Source: Antedon mediterranea
Lineage: Eukaryota > Animalia > Echinodermata
DNA length: 64,000 nt
Direction of reading: 5' to 3'
Assembly: GCF_964355755.1 (NCBI RefSeq)
Contig: NC_092679.1
Span: forward strand, 2,386,201 to 2,450,200
The notes under the pieces: generated by a model
Seen by the model: the letters and a program-made list of their open reading frames with translations, nothing else
Told to the model about the DNA's origin: nothing
Database searches by the model: none
Position numbers and translations under genes: made by a program
Part shown: positions 12,674 to 24,058 of the stretch, in pieces
Layout of the letters: every line of letters starts with the position of its first letter
Position numbering within the stretch: the stretch's first letter is position 1

Positions 12674-13443
12674 TTAGTTTGAATTAATCGATAATTATTG
12701 CCGGTGTTTTCCCCAACCTCGTCCCACCATCTGGTATATTTTAACTTAAATAAAAGGGATTGAAAGCCTACAATGTACTTATGAGAACTATGATCCAATT
12801 TCCATTAGCATATAAGAAATTATAATTTTTGGCGTCAGAATATAATATCCGTCTTATTATCGATCCGAAGGAGCGTGATGGTTATAAAAGATAATTGTAA
12901 AATGTTTTTCTTTCAGACTCAAGTATCTAGGGCGTCTAGGGCGTATAGTTAAGTGCTATTCGCCTTTTAAATGTGCATCATCGGTTATGTTATATTAGTG
13001 CGTATCTAGGGTAAACAAATTGTACAAGCTGAGAAGAGTGAAATTATCTTCCCTGGTACAAGTAACTGTTCACAATAAAGAATGCGACATACAGTAAAAC
13101 CCTTACGGGATCCCTCCAGCAAATGTCCCCCGTAATAGAAGTGCTCCTGATTAGGGCTTGGCAGTGTTAACAACCATTATACGGCCCCTCCATGTTTCAC
13201 GCGAAATTGTCCCTTTAATAGAAGTGTCCATTGAATGGGGTTGGCAGCGCAGTCGTCGTGAGACGTAGTGGTACAACTCCTCGTTCGTTTCATTCTAAAA
13301 ATTCCAGCAGCGTTTGTATTTCATTAATGTAACCCGGTTCTCTGAAAGAAATATTAATCTGTAGAAAAAAGAAGAAAAAATGTCCACAGTAACCATGACT
13401 GAACGTTCATGACGCTGTTCAATTTCAAACCGTCTTTTAAAGT

Positions 13444-13843
13444 AAACAAGGCCAACAGTCATAAGTCGCATGCTCTCAGAAAAAAATGAACTTTCAAAAC
13501 GTAATGTACTTTAAAACTTTTCTGTACATCAAAACAGTTCAAAAAGTACAGAAAAACGCAAAGTGATACCCGACCGACAGACCGACCGACATAGTTAAAA
13601 CTTGTCTGTACATCAAAACAGTTCAAAAAGTACAGAAAAGCGATAAAACGCATAGTGATACCGGACAGACCGACAGACCGACCGACATAGTGAATTATAG
13701 AGTCGCGTCCACCCACGCGACTAATTGTCTCTACATCAAAACAGTTCAAAAAGTACAGAAAAGCGATAAAACGCAAAGTGATACCGGACCGACAGACAGA
13801 CCGACCGACATAGTGAACTATAGAGTCGCGTCCACGCGACTAA
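13444..13843 (-). mobile_element. Second HINE/DINE-1-like element with tandem internal blocks
   Basis: Same ends as 23260-24058 in reverse. Three internal GACC/GACA blocks and a duplicated 5' end near 13700-13725. Confidence 0.75.
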
Positions 13844-13892
13844 AAATGCCGGCCGTCTGTCCCCATCATAAACTTTGGTTTTGTTACAATAA

Positions 13893-14573
13893 AGATATAT
13901 TGTCCCCCTAAAAATGTTTTTCTCTATTTTTTTTATTGAATATGCCATTTTAATGTCACGTAATATTTATTAACTTTGACCAAAAACTAGGTTTAAAAAA
14001 TGATTTAGGCCTACATAAAAAAAATGTAATTTAAAGCAAAAAATAATAAAATTTTCTGTCAGAAAATGATTTTTAAATTAACTGTTTCGTTTGTCTTTTT
14101 ATAAGGTAAATCATTATATATATTTTTTTACAGAAGTGAATAACTTTATTAAAACTGTAAAATGGCATATTTAAAGTCTGATGAACTATTGTTCATGTTT
14201 TTGAGGGACAATACATCTTTAATATAACATTGGACTCCATTCGTAACTTCAAAGATGTTTTGTTCCCCTGAAAAATAATTTTTTAATTTTTTGTTGTTGA
14301 ATATGCCATTTTATATAAATATTTATATTTATAACATATAGTTATTCACTTCGACCAAAAATTGGATGGGAAAAAAAAATTTATTTACCTGAAACAAAAA
14401 ATTATTTACCGGAAAAAACTGGAATTGAAAGCAAAAAAATGGTCAAATTTATAATTGAAAATATTATTTTTTCTGGGTTTTTTTTCTTCGGCAGTGATTA
14501 ACTTTATTAAAACTACAAAATAACCTACTCAAAGTCTGATTTAATTAATCTTAATTTTTCATGTTTCATCTTT
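13893..14573. mobile_element. Two tandem Kolobok-like MITEs (13893-14218 and about 14253-14570)
   Basis: Same TIR and internal gaatatgccatttt / aaagtctgat blocks as 35031-35308. An inverted fragment lies near 5575-5700. Confidence 0.7.
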
Positions 14574-17500
14574 AATCACTTTCACCGTAACATTTAGAAG
14601 ACAATTTAAAATAACATTGTACCACCAATGTTTTTAAAGAGGGATTATTAATTTATTGCTTTCTCGAACTTTTTTTTCTATCTTTAAAGATAATGAATGT
14701 TTCTCCTTGACTGTTATTATTTTAGCATTATTCAAACATTCTATGTCCAATCGTTGTTAACCGGCGTTGCTAGGACAACAAAATAATGTAAACATATTTA
14801 ACCAATGATAACGATTAGTTACGCGTTGGATTGTATTGATTAGTTCTTAGAATGACGTATGTAGTAGGAGAACATGTACAACATCACGATTCTATTGTTA
14901 CATCATAATGAAGCCAATATCGTGTTATTTTAATGTTATTTGATGCTCGTTCTGTACTTTTAGGGCGATTATGAAATTTATCAAAATGTTTTTAGAAACA
15001 TTAACGGTAGTAATTATTGTGTTTTCCTCATGTCTTTGTTTATTTTACCTGTTTAACTTACGAATTTGAAGGTAGTTCGTAACACTGTCGCGCAATCGTT
15101 TTGTGTTAGTCGGCGTTCCATATCTTTCTGACCCTAAGATTAATGGTTCTTAATTGAAAGCTGTCGCGCAATAGTTTTGCGTTAGTCGGCGTTCCATACC
15201 TTAATTGGAAAGAAATATTTAGTATTTAATTTAATAATTGATGGACTGTAATTAGATAATTTAGGGAAAAAAGATATGTTGTGGTAATCATACATATTCA
15301 TGCAAGATTTTTAAAAAATGAGCATGGGTTTTAAACAACAATAGCGGAAACAACAGAAGAAACACAATATATTAATGTACGCATGTTTGTTAACATTAGT
15401 AATGTTAGTTTGTATGTCAAATACCATACAGTGTCGAATAAGCGCATTAAAAAGGCCTATCCCGAGAACAAACATTAATTTGTACGCGCGCGTAATGTCA
15501 CAAGCTGATTTACAGTTCATCTTGATGGTGATAATTGAGCATAAGTACCAGATTTCAATATAGTATTTTGCACAATTTAAACACATTGTTAATAATAATT
15601 AATGATAAAATAAGTAATAATAATAAAACGATCATACATGCTACAAGACGGAAATTAGTATAAGTTTTCTTGTTTAATACGGTAATAAGAATAAGAATTA
15701 CAATTGCACAAGTTTGTGAACCAACGAACGGTTTTAAATAAACAGTATGCGTTGAATCACCTCAATATTTCCGCCGGCCGTGTTCGTTAAATCTTGTAGT
15801 ATGCCTTTAAGTGATGTTATATATCCACCACAACCCATTAATAGCAAATCGAACAAATCGTGTTTATACTCTACCCCAGATTCGTATATTCTTTTCCATC
15901 TACTATTGGCATTGTGTTTCGTTATAAGTGAACCAAATATTTGTTATTTTTTGCAATTTGTTTTAATTTGAAAAAAGCCCACAAACTGTTAAAACGAAAC
16001 ATTTAGAAGAAAGACAACCATGAAACATACCTTCTTTTTTTTAGAAAAAAAAAAGTTTTACAGACAATGATGGCGCATTTTAAAACTTTGATGAAGTATT
16101 GCGTAATATTTGGTCAAATTAATGAGTACTACAAATTAAAATTCTTGACTTTGTAGTTAACATTTAACATCTTTATCTTAGCATGTACGATTTGCAAACT
16201 TTTTAAAACAAAAAAATCAATATTTATTATTGTGCTACAAATGTTCTTGCTCAACCAATTAAACAAGAATCACGTGATATAAACCGATTGTAAATACAGA
16301 ATACACATTAGTTTAATTTGTATAATCACACATGTTTTCTTTCAACCTCTTTTTACACTGAAAAGTCAGGGGTCAAGTAACCATACCGAAATTTTAATAT
16401 ATAAAATAATTATCATTGCATGTGTTCCTGCATAGATAATGTACACATGTGAAAGAGTGTTAATTACAATGTTGAAGCTTGGTTCCCACTTAGACGCAAG
16501 TGATTTGACCAATCACAAGCGATGGATTATTCGAATTGGCGTTTGCCATTGGTCAACTTACTTGCTTTGCATCCTAGTGGGAACCAATCCATTGAACAGC
16601 CTCTCGATATAGTGTTGCGCAAATGTAGATATTTAAGTTTGTAACAAGAATAAGTGTAATAGGCTAGACCATGTTGTGAGTGCAAAGTTAAAAGGACGCA
16701 TTTTCGACAGTGACCAAGACACGGTTTTACGCGCGCGTTCGGATGATATGCGTACAAAAGGTATATTTTTGTAATCGTTTAAGTTTGCCGCGTGTAAAAC
16801 TTGCTATCTTTTCGTTTGTCACTGACGTCATGAAATTATAAAATTAAACCTTAATACTATTAAAATATGTGTGCAATCTCACAAAAATGATCTCAATTGT
16901 TATATAGTAGTTATCGATAATAATATCAATAAATATAATTATATTGATGGCTTATAATAAATTATTTACAAAGCAATTTGAATACCGAGAAATTCGGACA
17001 CATACCGTAACTTGCACAGTTTAGACATATCTTTGACCGTTGGAATGGTTATCATACAAAAATAATTTAAGATAAATAGATTAAAAATTGATAAATTATT
17101 AAATATTCTATAGTACAGTGGCGTATACGTAAATATGTACACACTATTTCGTATATTTATGCGCGTTTAAGAAATATTTACACGTGCCATTTACAATATC
17201 TTGGAACTGCCCATTTATATTTATATAATTTACACATTACATTACATCAGAATTTTGCTATTTTGATATAAACACAGCCATATAGATATATTTGTTAAAT
17301 TATATAAATTGCTAGATTATCGAACAAAGTAGCTTTGGATACAGAATTAGGTTTATTATGATAACTATCCTCTCCATTTTCCACCAAATATTACGAATTA
17401 TATTAATAATAGATATAACTAACCATTATAACATCGATGTGAAATATAGTAAGCTTAATATATTGTTTGATTAATAAAGAAATACCACCTGAGTAATTAT

Positions 17501-18012
17501 AACACTCCTCTTTGAATAATTAAAATCTTACGGATCGATAATTTTCCAAACTTTAATGTTTTAGCTTAATAATAAATAAATAATAGAGTCCAGCTCGTGA
17601 TCATTTCTTATTATGTTATCGAACCGTCTCCATGTTACGTCACAAGAGCGCGCATTCATCGCCAAGAAACGCGGAAATAACAAACACATTCTATTGTCAG
17701 TAGCATTTGTCTTTTCAGACGACAGCGGCCACTGGCTTATACGTACGGTGTGCTCAACTGAAATATGATATAGCTTTAATAGATGTCACTGACGTTGAGT
17801 TTGTTCGTACAGAAAGGAAACGAAGTGTCTGGCAATTAAAACAAGACTACATACGTAAATCTTAATATCCCTCTTTTGTTCCTATTCTGGTTATTATTTT
17901 GGTCGATTGTGATTAAAAGCGCCCATTATTTATCATTAAACGAAATAATAGCATGAGATATCCATCAAAGAAACTGTAACTGTAAGCACCGCGTACCGGT
18001 AAGCTTTATTAA

Positions 18013-18295
18013 AGCTTGGTTCCCACTAGAACGTAACGCAAGGACGTAAACGCAACGTAAGCGTGTTGACCAATGACAAGCAAAGTTATAGACAGTTAGC
18101 AATCACAAGCGAATAAGCCATCGCTTGTGATTGGTCAATTCACTTGCATTGCGTTACGTCCTTGCGTTGCGTCGCTAGTGGGAACCACGCTTAAGCTTGA
18201 TTCCCATTGGACGCAAGTGGGTACGGGCAACGCAAGTGAGTTAACCAATAACAAGCGACAGTTCGACCTATCGCGTCGTGATGGTCAAATTACTC
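18013..18295. mobile_element. MITE family B (PIF/Harbinger-like), full copy 18013-18191 plus abutting partial copy; about 13 copies in the window
   Basis: TIR AGCTTGGTTCCCACTAG, long imperfect palindrome, TAA flanks. Partial copies at about 11211-11325, 16477-16590, 24128-24220 and 58076-58195. Confidence 0.88.
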
Positions 18296-19250
18296 GACTG
18301 AGAAACAAGTTTGTTTTCAATTGTTCTTACTGTGAAAGAAAGAAAAAAAGGTGTAAAAAAAAACAATTGAGTATGGCAACTCAACTTTACATGATTAGGC
18401 CTATAACATTCTCGTTTACGTAAAGTTTACGTGTTTAAATGTAAAATTATATGATATTAATCGAATATAATAAAGTGAGTAAAAACAGAATGGAAATAAA
18501 AATTAATATGAATTCAATAATTTGAATCGAATTTATAGATACTAATCGTGATGAAAAGAAAACAGAATTTTTTCAATATTGGCTGTTTTGGATATTATTA
18601 TTAATTTGATATCTTAATAACTATCTTATTACATTGTAAAGTTGCCTTAAGTGTTGTTTTGTAGTCTAATGGATCAATAGTGTATTATGAAATATGTAAT
18701 ATTAATTATGCTCCCCCAGTTTATTATAAGTAATTGACGAAATGCGTGTAAGCCAAGCCAGGATAATTTGTATTCTTGATAATTGTCTGTCTGGAACAAA
18801 ATACTATTATAAATTGATGGAGGATGATTTGTATGTTCCATCACACATGCTTCAAAACCATTGGTTTGAAGAAAATGCGTTCATACTTCACTGAAAACGT
18901 TTCCTGTTGACGCTTTCTTGAGACGTAACGCGTTTCTTATTGCTCAGGCATGCAAAGCATAGTGAGCCGACGCGTCGGCGCGCAGCAGTTCCAAAAAAGC
19001 AATAAGTTTTTTATAATTATAAGCCTTTAAATAAAAACATATTATAAGCAACTTGATTCTGCAGCTGTCACTAGATTGGTTCTAACTGAATATCGCAAGT
19101 CATCTAGATACGAGTCTAGCTGTATTAAAAAAATACCTACATTTGGCATGAAAATATCTGTCAGTTTTATATTTGCAGACTATGTATAACAACGTTTAGT
19201 GACAGCTGTCAAATCGGGTGTACAAGTTCAATTTTGGTGGCAAAATTAAG

Positions 19251-19256
19251 TTTATT
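19251..19256 (-). promoter_or_regulatory. Candidate polyadenylation signal AATAAA for EAG
   Basis: tttatt on the + strand, about 100 nt past the stop. Weak, because the hexamer is common in AT-rich DNA. Confidence 0.3.
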
Positions 19257-19354
19257 AAGTCATTAAGTAACAACCTTTTACAATGTATTTTAAGTTTAAA
19301 CCAAATGAATACATTTTATATAAAAGATAGGCCTATATATTGGAAAATGTGTAT

Positions 19355-20380
19355 TTAAAATTGAGGCGTTTCGTCGGCGGTTGGTGGTGATTCAATATCA
19401 TCAAGATCAGCTGTGTCCTCTTCACCATACATACTGTTATTAAATGCAGGGCTTTCAACAGGTGTAGGTCCACCCGTTTGTACTGGTTTTGGCGATGAAC
19501 TCTTTGGCGCTTTTGGTTGTTTCTTTGCCATAGCTAACACTTTTGCGCTTCCTCCGCTTGGACTCCTGCCACCTTTGTACTTCACTTCGGCTTCCTTCTC
19601 ATTCGTGCATTTTGTAACAATATTATCGTGTTCATTACGTTTCTCTTGGACGTGAAGTAGAGTTGGTAATTTTGCAGTTACATAATCCTGTTCACACACT
19701 TCATTCAAAGAACCTACGCGAGAACTACTTGAGCTCGGCGAATTCGAATTATACGGTGAGCTATCAGGCGAAAAGTATCTAATGATGTCAGCAATTTGAT
19801 CATCCAAGCGTGACATCTTGACGCTTAAGGCTTCAATTTCTTCTTTCAGTTCAACTTTAATTTCTAATAAACTTGTAAGTACTTGGTGGTCAGTCGTTGA
19901 GGTGCTCAACGGACTGTCTTTACTTTCAGTTCTACCAATTTCATCTAATTTTTGTTCACTCCTTAATATTCCACTATCTCCGGATTCAGTCTTTCGTAAA
20001 TTTGATTTACGTGTAAATATACCTAGTTTAGCGGGATCGTCTGCCGAATCGTCCCGCCTAGGTTTCTTTGCGTCAGGCATGCGCACAAACTTAGTTTTCC
20101 CGTTCGCATCCACCCATTTTGACCCTTTTTGATAAAGCTTTCCAAGCATCTCTCCACCGGCACCGTCTGTTTTTGGTGTTGCTTCTCCCCTTTCTGCAGT
20201 GGACTGGTTTTGTGGTGGTACTACTGCTGCAGGCGGCGGTGGCGTTTCTGCTGGTTTTTCTGGTTTTCGAAATTTGGTAAAAGCTTTTCGTGCTAGAATT
20301 TTATCAATTGGTGGATCATTTTTCCTTTTTAGCGCTGATTCTTGTTCTGCTTTAACCTCCGCAATTCGTCTAAATATTCG
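19355..20380 (-). CDS. eag/KCNH1: EAG exon 10 (C-terminal tail and coiled coil), with stop
   Basis: ttttacag acceptor, phase 0. RIFRRIAEVKAEQE...RKAFTKFRK (CaM-site-like), coiled coil LLEIKVELKEEIEALSVKMSRLDDQIADII, ends TPQF*. Confidence 0.93.
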   Translation of the reverse strand, partial: RIFRRIAEVKAEQESALKRKNDPPIDKILARKAFTKFRKPEKPAETPPPPAAVVPPQNQSTAERGEATPKTDGAGGEMLGKLYQKGSKWVDANGKTKFVRMPDAKKPRRDDSADDPAKLGIFTRKSNLRKTESGDSGILRSEQKLDEIGRTESKDSPLSTSTTDHQVLTSLLEIKVELKEEIEALSVKMSRLDDQIADIIRYFSPDSSPYNSNSPSSSSSRVGSLNEVCEQDYVTAKLPTLLHVQEKRNEHDNIVTKCTNEKEAEVKYKGGRSPSGGSAKVLAMAKKQPKAPKSSSPKPVQTGGPTPVESPAFNNSMYGEEDTADLDDIESPPTADETPQF

Positions 20381-20793
20381 CTGTAAAAAAAATAAATGTA
20401 TAGTACTTTTACAAAATAGTATTTGTTACTCATCATGTTTAGGCAAAATTAGTTTAGGTAGAGGTAGATAGTAGTGATAAATGCTATTTTATTTATGGTT
20501 ATTAATGTTCTGTATTTTAAGGAACATTTTTATTATGTATAGTTCACGTGGCAATCTTAAAAGGTTTCTTAGCATTCAGTTCAAATCACCAACATTTATC
20601 AAGGATTTCAATATTGATTTCCTCTGAATCAATTGCATTGAACATGAATAATGTTCTACATTAACACTTGCTAAAAATAAATTCACAAATCTGTAATTTA
20701 TAAGGATAAGACGATTTAACAGAATGAATGTATTGATATTTTATTGCCGTTTATATCACATTCAAGCAACATCGACGTCACAGACGCCACTAA

Positions 20794-20933
20794 AGCTCTG
20801 TCTACACTATCAAACTAGTTTGACCAAAAAAGTGTCATGTGCCCAAATATGCTAGTGATATGACGTCATCGTGTCCATATATAGGAACATCATATTTGTT
20901 TGCAACATAATGTTTGATAGTGTAGACAGAGCT
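20794..20933. mobile_element. MITE family A
   Basis: Both TIRs present, TAA/TTA flanks. Confidence 0.88.
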
Positions 20934-21183
20934 TTAGAGATACACATTTAGCGTGCGCATGCGTTCCGAATGTGGGTTTCCTCTCACAAGAGAGCCTTGG
21001 ATTTGTGCAACGACCTATGTCTATGTCGCATATGGCTTTAAAAAAAAAACAAAAAACGCCAAAACGGTGTCGACGAATTTAGTGAGAAAGCACGTACGTC
21101 CCAATGCGCACAATTAAATGACGTAACTATTGCCTGTCTCCCAAATTGAAAGCTCCCCACTGACGATTACATGTTGAGCTTAC

Positions 21184-21380
21184 CCTATTCCGTAGATTGT
21201 ATGTAAGAACCATATTTCTGTCGAATGTTTTTGCAAAGCCAGAGTAGAAGTCTAGAACGTCTAACAGATCTTCCCGCTTGATGCTATGAAGATTGCAGTA
21301 CGTCAGTGCTTTGACGTTGGCTGCCGATTGTCCTAACAGGTCTTCCCGCCAAAAGTAGTCACCAAAAACATCGCCGCTTG
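21184..21380 (-). CDS. eag/KCNH1: EAG exon 9 (CNBHD with intrinsic ligand YNL)
   Basis: ttacag / gtaagc. (A)[65 protein letters not shown]. Not in the ORF track. Confidence 0.95.
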
Positions 21381-21771
21381 CTGTAATGATAAATAACTAT
21401 TATTCTAAATTCACATTTAAAATCATACCTTCAAAGTTGATAACACTAAACAAACAAAGGCTAGCTGAGTAAAACCAACTGAAAGAGCAATTTATATAGT
21501 TTGCAGACTATACCCGGTAACATTATTCCCGCCGTTTACTCACAGCAGTACACTGGCAACATTTAAATTAATTCTAATGCGTTTTTACATTACATTAAGG
21601 CTTAATTATTTTTGTTTTCAAGTACAGAATAGTAAACATCAATATAGGGCGGAAAACAACATTTGTTATTTGTTATTGTTTACTGGGAAACCAGTCTTTG
21701 ACTGAAGAGGTTACCCAGTGTAAAATAGATGACAAATAACATTTTAAACCGTACCGAGAAAATGATTCATT

Positions 21772-21995
21772 TAAATTCAATTCAATTCAAATAAACATTT
21801 ATTTCTTTCATTCATATTTGAGTAAAAAACATTTTTTTTAGAGATATAATACAGTAAATCATAATGTATAAAAAAAAAGATGATTCAGTTATATACAAAA
21901 TGAAAGAGGCAAAAAAACCCAAGAAAGTATCGATCAATTGGAAACAAAAATCCAATTGAAACTTGTATATTGGGAAGCCATGTAAGAAGATTATA
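21772..21995 (-). mobile_element. LINE 3' UTR fragment with AATAAA and (TTGAA)n tail; similar tails near 22578, 26386, 32654 and 44791
   Basis: ttcaattcaattcaaataaacattttattt on the + strand, same tail type as 8765-8785. Confidence 0.5.
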
Positions 21996-22026
21996 TACTT
22001 ATATATATAAATGTAAACATATAACT

Positions 22027-22095
22027 ACACATACACACACAGATCAACAGACACACACACACAGATCAACAGACACACACACACACACACACACC
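22027..22095. repeat. Interrupted (CA)n microsatellite
   Basis: acacac runs with a duplicated agatcaacag. Confidence 0.9.
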
Positions 22096-22130
22096 AACCA
22101 ATAAATCATAATAGTATAAACATCATAATT

Positions 22131-22264
22131 AGCTTGGTTCCCATTTGGACATCATAACCCAATGACGTAAGCGCGCCGCAAGTAATTTGACCAATCGCGA
22201 CGTGGTGGACCATCTGAATTGTTGGTTGTGAATGTGATTGGCTTACCCAAGTGGGAACCAAGCT
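22131..22264. mobile_element. MITE family B
   Basis: AGCTTGGTTCCCA...TGGGAACCAAGCT-TAA, about 30 bp from the EAG exon 8 donor. Confidence 0.8.
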
Positions 22265-22293
22265 TAATACGAGACGTAACATTGACAACTTAC

Positions 22294-22546
22294 CTAAAAT
22301 TGCAACAATATCTTCATCTTGGATAACTTCCAGCGTGCCAGAAACAACAAAGTACAATATATCAATACTTTCACCAGTGTGTATCAGCAGATCACCGGGG
22401 GCACTGTGGTTCATGGTAAAGTTGATGGCTAACGCGCGCAGACAACCTTCACTGGCCAATCGGAAGGCAGGATGGCCACTGAAAACTGTCCGATTCAAAT
22501 GCACGCATAGATCGGCTTTCATGTCTTTCGGGCAAAACTCGAGAAT
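22294..22546 (-). CDS. eag/KCNH1: EAG exon 8 (C-linker and CNBHD)
   Basis: ttcgtag / gtaagt. [40 protein letters not shown]...[14 protein letters not shown]...DIVAIL. Confidence 0.95.
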
Positions 22547-22780
22547 CTACGAAAACAATTATAGTAGAATTAAGGTGTTGATTGATTGATTGATTTATTT
22601 GTTTAACATATTTATACAAGATTACACAATTAGGTAAAAGAAAATCTGATTTGCATTGTGGTCCTGTCTTAAATATAAAAAATCAGGATTTTGTGAAATG
22701 ATATATTATTGTAATCAATTGTATTGAAAAGACTGGATCATTTTCTGGTCATTAATGTCATGATGACGAAGCCAACTTAC

Positions 22781-22980
22781 CCTTTTCGAATCGGTTCCCT
22801 TCGTGATCGACCAAGTGGACACCGTATAGTCAATAACCCGCTCACTCAGAGCCTTGTCAACCTGATGTAATTTCATGAACTCTCGCACGTTTTTCAAATT
22901 CTCATGATACCGAACAGTTGCTGATGTAAATTGTTGAAAAATCGTGGTAACTGTTCCGAAGATAGTGGCATATAATAGCG
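22781..22980 (-). CDS. eag/KCNH1: EAG exon 7 (S6 and C-linker)
   Basis: tttttag / gtaagt. (S)[40 protein letters not shown]...[13 protein letters not shown]. Confidence 0.95.
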
Positions 22981-23259
22981 CTAAAAAAACACAGAAATAT
23001 ATTTAACATTTTTATTTATTTATTTTTTTATTTCATCAAAACCAACAGCAACGAAAGTTGCCACTTAAAGGTATGAAACAGATACAATAAATACTCTATT
23101 TATAAAGTAAACTTAAATAAATATGTAAATATGTATGAGTTGGTATACTATATTACGTTTACTGTTAGACAGAATACTTTCTAGGAAAAAGTAATGTAGG
23201 CCTAATTAAGTAAATGTAGAACTGTATATTATGTAGCCTAGGTGGTTTTTTTTGTGTTT

Positions 23260-24058
23260 TTAGTCGCGTGGAAGCGACTCTATAGTTCACTATGTCGGTC
23301 GGTCGGTCTGTCTGTCTGTCTGTCTGTCGGTCTGTCTGTCTGTCTGTCGGTCCGGTATCACTATGCGTTTTATCGCTTTATGACCTTATCTTGATATCAG
23401 TTTAATCTAGCTAAGTCAATTTTTCAAAGAATATTTCTTATGGCCAGGAATCGATGTGGTTATGTTTTCACGGTGCGCAATAAAAAATTACGCGGTCTAC
23501 GCACGATTTAACGAAATCACGTTTGTAATCATATCTTAACAACCATGAATCACAATTAAATAAAATTTGGTACTCATAAATTTCAGGGCATAAATCATCA
23601 TATGGCAATACAATTACGTGCGTAGCGCATGTAACGCATGCGTACGCGCGCTTAAAATTTTCAAAATTTATTTGCGATGAAATAAGAGTACGTTTCAGGA
23701 AATTTTAAGCGTTTACAAAATTGCCATGAGTGCGCAGATTTTTGCGCGCGCACTGCGCGTTAAATGTTATTGCGCACTCTTTTTGCCCGATTTCTGTTTT
23801 CTTGACTTACTTTTCAACTCGAAATTACGTTATACGAGCACGTCAAAAGTGACAGGCTACGCACGTGTAAATTAAAAAAATATTGTTTTTAAACATTTCA
23901 ACATTTTTAAACATGTTCAGTAATTTCGGTCAGTATAGTTCACTATGTCGGTCGGTCCGTCTGTCTGTCGGTCTGTCTGTCTGTCTGTCGGTCTGTTTGT
24001 CTGTCGGTCCGGTATCACTATGCATTGTAGCACGCGACTTAATGGCTGTTGGCCTTGT
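23260..24058 (+). mobile_element. Helentron-associated non-autonomous element (HINE/DINE-1-like)
   Basis: T-run then AGTCGCGTGGAAGCGACT hairpin, (GTCT/GTCG)n microsatellite blocks, 3' subterminal CACGCGACT complementary to the 5' end, terminal GGCTGTTGGCC stem-loop, T-run flank. Confidence 0.75.

Noticed and set aside
12362-12677. 39-bp array as a CRISPR array or repeat protein
   Set aside because: No unique spacers or cas genes, a eukaryotic locus, and the unit derives from a MITE end.
19413-20471. Plus-strand ORFs over the last EAG exon
   Set aside because: Antisense shadows of a real coding exon.
21680-21725. Hammerhead-like CTGAAGA within a hairpin
   Set aside because: No GAAA after a stem II and no complete three-stem core.
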